From Malacoraja senta (lineage: Eukaryota), in NCBI GenBank assembly GCA_038087875.1, contig JAXLNO010000302.1, positions 1 through 32,567 of the forward strand: a stretch of DNA of 32,567 nucleotides. The letters run 5' to 3'. Below the pieces are notes generated by a model. The model was not told the DNA's origin. It saw only the letters and a list, made by a program, of their open reading frames with translations, and did no database searches. The translations under genes and the position numbers were made by a program. Shown here piece after piece: positions 23,377 to 32,567 of this stretch (the first letter of the stretch is position 1; every line of letters begins with the position of its first letter).

Positions 23377-23779
23377 TATCTGTGCTTTCCACTGCATGCC
23401 AAAATATAAATTTGAAATTATGTGCATTAACGTGAATACCATGTTTTTGTTTACTTTGCCTAAAAATATAATGATGTGACACCTTATTTACCAGTTAAAG
23501 ATTCGTTGTGTTTCCAACTTATTTTCTATTTCATTTATATTAGCATGCCTTTCAATTTTTGACAAAGCGCATACTTTTGAGAATTGATTCGTGGGTGAAG
23601 CTGCTCTTATCCATGCGTTGGACAAAGTTTAATCTTTATAGTAAAGCAGTATTTACCTTGCAATATCTATTCTCCTCACCATTAGTGTCAAGAAAACTAT
23701 AATCATGGGCCAAGGCAATGTGTCTTCGCACATGATCAGAGCCAACACCTATTCACTAGAAATGCTCAAAGTATTTAAA

Positions 23780-24124
23780 GTGGCATAGTGGTGCAACATT
23801 TACTGCTGCTACCACATGGCTCCAGAGACCTGGGTTTGATCCTGCTTTCTGGTGCTGAATGTGTGGTGTGTGCATGATCCCTTTGTGAATTTGTGAGTAT
23901 TCCCTGGGTGCTCCATTTTCTTCTCACATGCTAAGGATGTGCAGGTTGGTAGGTTAATTGGTTACTGTGAATAGTCCCTCATGTAGGTTTGTGGCAGGAG
24001 AATGGGGCAGGAGGGGGTGGTGCTAGGATATGGTTGGTGATTGAGCTGATGGGAATGCAAGATGGAGTTACTTTAGACTTTTGGATGTTGCAGGCTCAAT
24101 ATTGCCAAGTCTGTTTCTGTGCTA
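23780..24124 (+). mobile_element. Older V-SINE with its tail interrupted by Tc1
   Basis: GGCATAGTGG...GAGACCTGGGTTTGATCC A/B-box-like head and V-domain GGGTGCTCCATTTTCTTCTCACAT. Tail CTGTTTCTGTGCTA abuts the Tc1 TIR. Confidence 0.7.
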
Positions 24125-24784
24125 CAGTGCACTCCATAATGTTTGGGACAAAGACCCATCATTTATTTATATGCCTCTATACTCCACAATTTGAGATTTG
24201 TAATATAAAAAATCACATGTGGTTAAAGTGTTCATTGTCAGATTTTAATAAAGGCCATTTTTATACATTTTGGTTTCACCTTGTAGAAATTACAGCAGTG
24301 TTTACACATAGTCCCCCCATTTCAGGGCACCATAATGTTTGGGATACAGCAATGTCATGAAAATGAAAATAGTCATGTTTAGTATTTTGTTGCATATCCT
24401 TTGCATGTAGACTGCTTGATGTCTGTGAATCATGGACATCACCAGTTGCTGGGTGTCTTCTCTGGTGATGCTGGCACGCCTGCATTGCAGCCATCTTATG
24501 CTTGTTTTGGGGGCTGGTCCCCTTCAGTTTTCTCTTCAGCATATAAAAGGCATGCTCAATTGGGTTCAGATCGGGTGATTGACTTGGCCACTCAAGAATT
24601 GACCATTTTTTAGCTTTGAAAAGCTCCTGCGTTGCTTTAACAGTATGTTTGGGATCATTGTGTTGCTGTAAAATGAACCGCCGGCCATTGAGTTTTGAGG
24701 CATTTGTTTGAAATTGAGCAGATAGGATGTGTCTATACACTTCACAATTCATTATACTACAACCTTCAGCAGCTGTATCATCAA

Positions 24785-25859
24785 CTAGACTGTGAGACCC
24801 ATTGGGTCCCTGTCACACAAGAGGCTTGGTCCCCCAACGCAATATTCCACCACTCACCCATAGCCCCCAACTGCACAGGCGCAGCTAATTTCCCCTCATC
24901 CCTAGCACTCTCTCCTCCTCCTCTTCACCCTCCCACTTCTTTCCCCTCTCCTCTCCCCACCCACAATCCCTCCCTCCCTCACCTCTCTCCCACTCCTTTC
25001 CCCAACCCTCAGCCACTCCCTCCCTCCCTCCCTCCCTCACCTCCCTCACCTCTCCTTTTCCCTATCCTCAGTCACTCCCTCCCTCGCCCCATAACTCCTC
25101 TCCCTTCCCTACTTCCATCCTCTCCCTCTATCCCCTCTCCTCCCCCACTCTCTCTCCCCAGTATCTCAAGGTTGCCGCGGAGGAGCATCAGCCGTCGGTG
25201 CCCTTAGAGCCTGGCCTCACATCCTCGGCTCGGCCCGGAAGCACCAGCAGCTACGGCCATGTCGGCGGGGCGGGGAGAGATCGGAGAAAAGACGGGGAAG
25301 AGGTATGGGGGAGAGGGGGGGTATCACAGGGGAGGGGGGCAGGAGCCAGCGAGGGGGACCAGAGGGGAAGGGGCTGGAGCTGCAGGGCGTTGCGATGGCG
25401 GTGTGTTTGGGACTCACAGTAGGCGCTGGACGCTCTCCGCCGGGATCAGACTCTCCGCTTTCCGTTTGGCGACATCTCCGACTCCGCGCCGCTTCTGGTC
25501 CCTCCGAAAAGTGTGCCCGGTTGGAGACCTCCGCCGGCCATCCTCAGCTCCAGTAAAGATGCAATGGCGCTGGAATGGGTGGACCGTCCCGGGGAGTGAC
25601 AGGATAAGAGACCAATCCGCTCGGCGCTGACTGGCAGGAGAGATCGAACTATGCACGTGTGGTTTTTCAATTTTTAAACCTTGCTAAGTTTTACAATATA
25701 CTACCGATCGGAACAAAACTCGTTGCACTCGCAGCACAGAGGAACTGTGAGTGAGCTGATGAAAAATTGTAATGCTATCGCGTACCGTTTTTGCGCAAAT
25801 AGAAAAACCGTGCAAACCGGAAGAGCACAAGGTCAGAGTTTTAGTTATGTATAGACAGA
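24785..25859 (-). mobile_element. Non-autonomous Helitron, copy 2
   Basis: Minus strand starts TCTGTCTATACATAACTAAAACTCT and ends GACCCA-A-TGGGTC hairpin...CTAG. Removing it restores the Tc1 sequence CTTATCGTCA/TTGATGATAC (compare 13088-13107), so it is an A/T insertion without TSD. Confidence 0.9.
24895..25160. repeat. Polypyrimidine/polypurine low-complexity tract inside Helitron 2
   Basis: Almost entirely C/T on the + strand. Confidence 0.9.
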
Positions 25860-27087
25860 TGACGATAAGTGAGCCAGTACCTTCAGCAGCCATACATGCC
25901 CAGGCCTTAACATCCCCACCACCGTGTTTCACAGATGAGATGGTATGCTTTGGATCTTGGGCAGTTCCTTCTCTCCTCCATACTTTGCTCTTGCAATCAC
26001 TATGATATAAGTTAACCTTCGTCTCATCTGTCTACAATACCTTTTTCCAGAACTGTGGTTACGTTTTTAAGTACTTCTTGGCAAACTGTAACCTGGCCAT
26101 CCTATTTTTGCGGCTATCCAGTGGTTTGTATCGTGCCATGCAGCCTTTGTATTTCTCTTCATGAAGTCTTCTGCGGACAGTGGGCACACCTGACATCTGA
26201 AGAGTGTTTCTGAACTGTCGGACAGGTGTTTGGGGATTTTTCTTTATTATAGAGATAATTCGTCCGTCATCAGTTCTGGAGGTCTTCCTTGGCCTGCCAG
26301 TCTCTTTGCGATTAGTAAGCTCACCAGTGCTCTTTCTTCTTAATGATGTTCCAAACAGTTGATTTTGGTAAGCCTAAGGTTTGGCTGATGTCTCTAACAG
26401 TTTTCTTCTTGTTTCTCAGTCTCATAATGGCTTCTTTGACTTTCATTGGCACAACTTTGGTCCTCATGTTGATAAATAGCAATAAAAGTTTCCAAATGTG
26501 ATGGAAAAACTGGAGGAAAGACTAGGTGCTGAGAGCTCTCTTATACCTGCATTAAGGAGGCATTTATACACACCTGAGCAATTACAAACACCTGTGAGGC
26601 CATGTTGCCCTGAAATGGGGGGACACTTGAACCACATGTGTTTTCTTCTATTACAAATCTTAAATTGTGGAGTACAGAGGCAAATAAATAAATGATAGAT
26701 CTTTGTCCCAAACATCGTGGAGGGCACTGTATGTGTCTTTTTAGACTATGATCTCAATCCTATGATTTTTTTTTGGTCAATTGTTTCAGACAATATTTCT
26801 CATGGTGAAGAATTCAATGTGCACACAATAAAGGGAGCTGCAAACGTTGGCCAACCAATAAATCTAAATAAAAAATAAACTGCTTTTAATCTAAAACAAA
26901 ACAAAATACTGCAAAAACTCAGCCAGTCAGGTAGCATTTTTGGAAAGAGAATTAAATGTAATGTTTCTGGTTGAAGATCCTTCATCAAAACTGGGAAAGG
27001 GAAAATATCTGTGTACGGACAGGATGTCGAAGGACGAGAAGCCGAAGCCAAGATGCCGAACGTACATCATGCCGAAAAGCCAAGATA

Positions 27088-27225
27088 CCGAACGGACACG
27101 ACGCCGAAAGAACACGAAGCCGAACGGGCACGACGCCGAAATAACACGAAGCCAAACGGACACAACGCCAAAAGAATACAAAGCCGAATGGACACGACGC
27201 CGAAAGGATACGAAGCCGAACGGAC
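27088..27225. repeat. 32-bp tandem repeat within the left MULE TIR
   Basis: CCGAACGGACACGACGCCGAAAGAACACGAAG at 27088, 27120, 27152, 27184 plus a partial copy. Confidence 0.9.
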
Positions 27226-27729
27226 AACACACAGAACGGACATGACGTCGAAAAGCCGCTGAACGGATATGATGTCTCCAGGGACGGGAGTGGTCCAACA
27301 CTTTGTCAGTCATCGACAAAGGTCAGCGATTAGTCCAGACCCCTGCGTCCATCACATCACTGGCCGGGGGGAGACGAGATGTTGGGGGGGGGGGGGGGGG
27401 TGGGAGGGAGCTTGAGCTTGCGTTTGTAAAATGGTGGCAGTGATTCCAAGCTGCAGCGATTGCCACAGAGGCTTTTCGACGTCATGCTCGTTCCCCGTCA
27501 GATTTTAAGCCGAAAAACAATCTGACGCCGAACGCACATGAAGCCAAAATGATAAATAGGTATGAAACACTGAAACACTTTTAAAAATATCTATATTTGC
27601 TTCAAGAATATACAAACAAATGTATTATTTAACTATTTTTAAATGTAACAAGGTACAACAATTTTAATATTTTAAAATGTAACAAAGTACAACAAAATTA
27701 TAGTAATAGGAATAAAAATCAATAAAAAA

Positions 27730-29035
27730 ATTCTAAGCTGAGGCTCTTGGGAAAACCAATCCTTTATTATAAGAATTGCAAATAGATTTTATTCTTTCGT
27801 TAATGGTAGCATATTTTTTGTTAGGCTTTGAAATGTCAATCCCTGTAGATGCCTGCTCAATTAAAATTTAATTTGATGCATGTTCACTACTGATCGTTTT
27901 AAGTAATTTGGTCACTATGGTATGAGTTACACTAAGTCTCTTTTTAAAGGCATGATGCCAACCTTCTCGAGAATTGTTTTTGGCAAATAATCTTGAATTC
28001 GAGTGTAGACTGACCATAATTCGCAATCGTAAAGTGATCGCCTTCACCTCCCTATTTGAACTATTCCTAACCATGTACTTTCGAAATAAACCAAAAAAAA
28101 ATATTTTTAACATTTCTTCACTTTCAGCATTTAAGGCGTGCAACAATTCATCAAATATTTCTTGAACATCTTCAAAGGGGACAAAGGCAAGAGGTTGTAA
28201 TTGCTTAATGAGAAGTGCGTTGTCAGGCTTGGCATACCATTGTTGCATTACCCAAGCTTGAATATTTTGCCATAGACATTGGCCAAAATGAAAGAAGCAA
28301 CCATAAATTGACGTGTTTGGGAAGTTCTTTTTTATACTATTAATAGCTGCTTTTTCAAAGTAAATTGTTATCGGTTGGAACCTGAACTCCTTTCTTTCAA
28401 AAACTTTAAAATTTTGTCGTATGTTTTCTCGTCCTTGTTGCTTGCAACACAATATAGTCATGGCAACGTTTTGCTTCCTGAGATAATAGCATGTATAGTA
28501 TAGAGTTGCTTTCCAAGGGTGGCAGAGCCAAATATGCCGTCACCAAACCATGTTTGCTTTTTGGATAAAAGTTCCAAATTTTTCTCTGTCGATAAAATAA
28601 TTACAGTGGTACTTTTATACATGCAAATGTTTACTCCTCGTGTTGTTGTACTCAAATCTTCACTTGTGTCTACATTTCTTGCTCGTCTTACCATTCTTCC
28701 GAGTGTTTCTCTCTTAGGCAGGGCTCCAGCAACACTAAGTGGTAATTATTCCGTGATATTATTAATTACACTGCTTGTGACCTCTTCAGTGTGCTCTGCT
28801 CGAGTTTTTAGACTGTCCAAAACTTTCAAAACACAATTATGAGCACCATCAGGAGGGTGTGAATGATTAGGAGCATTACCCTGCTCAGTATCGTTTATAG
28901 TTCTAACTCTACCATTACACTATTTACATTTCTCACACCTCCAGTATGTGGTTTCATTAACCTTTTTGTCCACAACGTATGTGTAACCATTGAGAAGGAG
29001 CTTACTGTCACCACGGCTGTTTTAACGAAATCCAT
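27730..29035 (-). pseudogene. Disrupted FLYWCH zinc finger + MULE DDE transposase
   Basis: ATG at 29035. Manual translation SRGDSKLLLNGYTYVVDKKVNETTYWRCEKCK*CNGRVRT...NHSHPPD (FLYWCH), WFGDGIF (first D), TIYFEKAAINS...FP...GCFFHFGQCLW (second D changed to Y, CxxH), NNSREGWH (E). Multiple frameshifts and stops. Confidence 0.88.
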
Positions 29036-29730
29036 GGTCAAACTAAAAGATTTCTCAGAAAGTAAATGTCGATTACTATTTACCCTCTACCTGAGGGATT
29101 AATCAAAATTATATTTGTTTCCTTTTCGATATGCAAAGTTTTTTTCAGCTTTTCGATGTCAGAGATTCAAAGAAATTTTTATTTGTTTTCTTTTTGATAA
29201 GTAAGATTTTATTCCCAGCTTTTTGACGTTGTGTTCGTTCGGCGTCAGATTTTTTTTCGGCTTAAAGTCTGACGGGGAACGAACATGACGTTAAAAAGCC
29301 TCTGTGGCAATCGCAGCAGCTTGGAGTCACTGCCACCATTTTACAAATGCAAGCTCAAGCTCCCCCCCACCCTCCCATCACCCCCCCCCCACCCCCTCGT
29401 CTCCCCCGGCCAGTGATGTGATGGACGCGGGGGTCTGGACCAATCGTTGACCTTTGTTGATGACTGACAAGGTGTCAGACCTATCCTGTCCCCGGAGTCG
29501 CATGTCCGTTCAGCGGCTTTTCGACATCATGTCCGTTTTGCGTCTTGTCCTTTCGGCTTCGTGTCCTTTCGGCATTGTGTCCGTTCAGCTTCTCGGCTTC
29601 GACTTCTTGGCTTCGGCTTCTCGTCCTTCGGCATCCCGTCCGGGTACCGAAAATATTAAGTTAATCTTTTTCCAACTCTAATAAAGGGTCATAAGCCAGA
29701 AATGTTAACTGTTTCTCTTTCTAAAGATTG

Positions 29731-30825
29731 TAGAAACATAGTAAACAGGTGCAAGAGAAGGCCATTCAGCTCTTCAAGCCAGCACCGCCATTCAATATGA
29801 TCATGGCTGATGATCCAGAATCAGTACCCCGTCCCTGCTCTCTCTCCGATAGCCCTAAGAGCTAAATCTAATTCTCTCCTTGAATACATCCAGTGAATTG
29901 GCCTTCTCTGGCAGAGAATTCCACATATTCACAACTCTCTGGATGAAAACGTTTTTCCTCATCTCTGTCCTAAATGGCATCCCTTATTCTTAAACTGTGA
30001 CCCCTGGTTCTGGAAGCTCACCCCCCCCCCCCCCCCCCCCCCCCCAACTTTGGGAATTTTTTTCCTGCATCTAGCCTGTCCAATCCCTTAATAATTTTAT
30101 GTGTTTCTATAAGATATCCTCTCATCTGTCTAAATTCCAGTGAATATAAACCCAGTCGATCCATTCTTTCATCATATGTCAGTCCCGCCATCCCGGGAAT
30201 TAACCTGGTGAACCTATGTTGCACTGCCTCAATAGCAAGAATACTCTTCCTCAAAATAGGAGGCCAAAACTGCACACAATACTCCAGGTGTGGTCTCACC
30301 AGGGCCCTGTACAACTTCAGTAGGACCTCCTTGCTCCTATACTCTAATCCTCTCGCTATGAAGGCCAACATACCATTGCTTTCTTCACAGCCTGCTGCAA
30401 GGACACACAGGTCTCGTTGCACCTCCCCATTTCCTAATCTGACACCATTCAGATAATACTCTGCCTTCTTGTTTTGCCACCAAAGTGGACAACCTCACAT
30501 TTACCCATATTATACTGCCATGATTCTGTCCACTCACCCAACCTATCCAAGTCACCCTGCAGCCTCAAAGCATCCTCCTCGCAGCTCACATTGCTACCCA
30601 GCTTTATGTCATCTGCAAACTTGGAGATGTTACATTTAATTCCCTCGTCTAATCCGTTAATATATATTCTAAATAACTGGGGTCCCAGCACTGAGCTTTG
30701 TGGCACCCCACTAGTCACTGCCTGCCATTCTGAAAAGGACCCGTTAATTTCTACTCTTTGCTTCTTGTCTGCCAACCAGTTCTCTCTCCATGTCAATAAC
30801 CTACCACCAATACCCCGTGATCTGA
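29731..30825 (-). mobile_element. 5'-truncated CR1 LINE
   Basis: RT motifs VTSGVPQSSVLGPQLF, SKFADDIKLG, LYRALVRPHLEYCVQFW. Tail at 29731. Poly-C expansion at 30021-30045. Confidence 0.93.
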
Positions 30826-31445
30826 TTAAAGATAGTTCAAATGTCTCCAATGAGGTGAATGGTCGGTCAGGACCGCTCTCTAGTTGGTGTAAGGATGGTT
30901 CAATTGCCTGATCACAGCTGGGAAGAAACTGTCCCCGAATCTGGAAGTATGTGTTTTCAAACCTCTGTACCTCTTGCCTGACGAGAGAAAAGCGAGTGAC
31001 CGGGTTGAGACTCGTCCTTGATTGGACGAGACAAGGCAGCATGAAGTGCAGATGGAGTCAATCGAATGGAGGCTAGTTTGCGTGTGGGTCTGTGCTGCGT
31101 TCAGAACTCTGCAATTTCTTGTGGTGTTGGATGGTACTGTTCCCAAACCATTCTGTGATGCATCCCGATAAACTGTTTTCTAGGGTGCATCGGTAGGAGT
31201 TATTGGGGATATGACAAACTTCCTAATCCTTCCAAGGAATTAGATTGGTGTGCTTTCTTGGTTATTGCTTCAATATGGCTGTTCCAGGACAAATTGCTGG
31301 TGATATATATCTATTTGTACTTCGGCGCCATCAATGTATACCACGGTATTTCTACCGCTTCGCTTTCTCCTTTGCCTCGCTGACAGTGGGAGAAAAGTTG
31401 TTGTCTTGGCACCAGGTTACGAGGTTCTCAATCTCCTTCCTGATC
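30826..31445 (-). mobile_element. Rex1/Babar-like LINE 3' fragment
   Basis: RKEIENLVTWCQDNN and SGKRYRGLKTHTSRFGDSFFPAVIRQLN motifs. Confidence 0.75.
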
Positions 31446-32159
31446 AATAATAACTCTGGGAAGTTTATGAGGAAATTCAAAGAATTAAGCAGCTGAAGAA
31501 TCGAGGTTAGACACTGAGAATGATTGCTCTCTAATATTCACAGCTACCTTAATTTATGTCATGATGGCTCTGGCCAGTGGCGATGTTTTTTTTTAATTAA
31601 CAACTTTATTTAGGGCTGTATGCTGCCTTGATGTCAAGTGCAGCCATTCACGGAGTCCAACTATTTGTCTATGTTTAGGCAGAGACCAGGATGGAGAAAA
31701 AGTGTTTGCTGACCATTGGTCAGCAGCCAACTGCAGACAAATGCCAAACTGACCATTGGTGAGCAGTTTTTTTTTTGCTGGGTGGTATCAGGTAAAAACA
31801 TTGGGGATAGACTAATAGAATAGTAGGTTTGGATTTGTCTTACTTTTTGTGGACGTTGTATTTGGGCAGTTTTCACTTTTTGGACTAGATGCCAGTGTTA
31901 TTCTGAAACAGACTGCCAAATCAATGCATTTTGTTCGTTTTTCGTAAGGAACTAACATCACCAGTAACTTACTGGAAAGCAAGTTATACTTTTGCTAATA
32001 TTTATTCTACAAAGGTAAATGTAAATTAGAAATGAAACTCAAGTTTACTGAGGATGTTTACTGAGGAAGTTTAATGTGATGTTTAGTCTGGAATGACAAA
32101 ATATTCTCAGTGAAGAATATTAAGTATTTCATAGGAAGATTTCTGACCAAAATTATACC

Positions 32160-32390
32160 AAGTGTGCTACTACAAGGTTAAGATATTGGCTTATATCCAG
32201 AATAATAGTCCACAGATACACGAGTTTGATTCCCACTGTTACCGATGGAGAATTTAAATTCAAGTAATTTATTAAATGTGGAATAAGAAATTAAAATCGA
32301 TGTCTTGAATTTTATTTTCATTATTTACTCCTTCATGGGACATGAACATGACTGGAAGTACGTTTATTGAACATCACTAATTACCCAAAT
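32160..32390. mobile_element. Highly decayed SINE/LINE-tail remnants
   Basis: GAGTTTGATTCCCAC...GAATTTAAATTCAA tRNA-SINE-like head on +, then an inverted tail resembling 9330-9400. Confidence 0.4.
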
Positions 32391-32567
32391 TGACTAGATA
32401 GTTTACGGTAAATTGGCGGTTCTGGAGTCATATCCTGACTAGATTGAAAGAGGAGGATTGATAAACCTTCCCTGAATCTTGTAAGTGAAACATTAATCAA
32501 ATAATTGTCTAATAATCTGGTAGCTCTGAGGTTAGTTTTTAACCTGAAAATAGCTTTTAATTCCAAC

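Larger units (their letters stand above)
24125..26729 (-). mobile_element. Full-length decayed Tc1 (same family), interrupted by Helitron 2
   Basis: TA TSD at 24123-24124 and 26730-26731, both TIRs present. ORFs 25684-25932 (KHGGG..AWACMAA) and 24276-24752 (QQHNDPKH...WPSQSPDLNPIE, second catalytic D mutated to H). Confidence 0.95.
27010..29648 (-). mobile_element. Mutator-like (MULE, Phantom-type) DNA transposon with long TIRs
   Basis: TIRs ~27010-27550 and ~29220-29648. 9-bp TSD GAAAATAT(C/T) at 27001-27009 and 29649-29657. Internal MULE transposase. Confidence 0.88.

Noticed and set aside
24695..25670. Pro-rich and Gly/Arg-rich ORFs
   Set aside because: Translations of low-complexity and GC-rich Helitron interior, open in several frames.
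27088..27225. CRISPR-like 32-bp repeats and ORFs 26927-27319 / 26940-27245
   Set aside because: Spacerless tandem repeat inside a TIR. The ORFs are by-products of stop-free repeats.

Overview
Vertebrate genomic DNA, most likely a cartilaginous fish (skate/ray-like, inferred from HE1-type V-SINEs and CR1/HER1-type LINEs). The minus strand carries the last three coding exons (22587-22780, 10681-10951, 194-378) of an angiopoietin-like gene of the ANGPTL1/2/6 clade, most like ANGPTL1. They splice in frame through GT-AG sites into an intact fibrinogen-like (FReD) domain; upstream exons lie beyond the right edge. The introns are mostly nested transposable elements: about eight CR1 fragments, three copies of one DD34E Tc1 family plus a TIR of a second family, an L1/Tx1 fragment with a 14-bp TSD, Rex/Babar and L2 fragments, Penelope-like elements (GIY-YIG ORF, decayed hammerhead motifs, a palindromic copy with a 16-bp TSD), two non-autonomous Helitrons with exact TC...hairpin-CTAG ends at A/T sites, and a complete but decayed FLYWCH + MULE (Mutator/Phantom-like) transposon with long repetitive TIRs and a 9-bp TSD. 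I found no convincing new biological system. The best leads are the FLYWCH-MULE, the cargo-bearing Helitrons, the palindromic Penelope mini-element, a young 99-bp inverted duplication and an extra cysteine in the FReD domain. Family names come from recalled motifs, not database searches.
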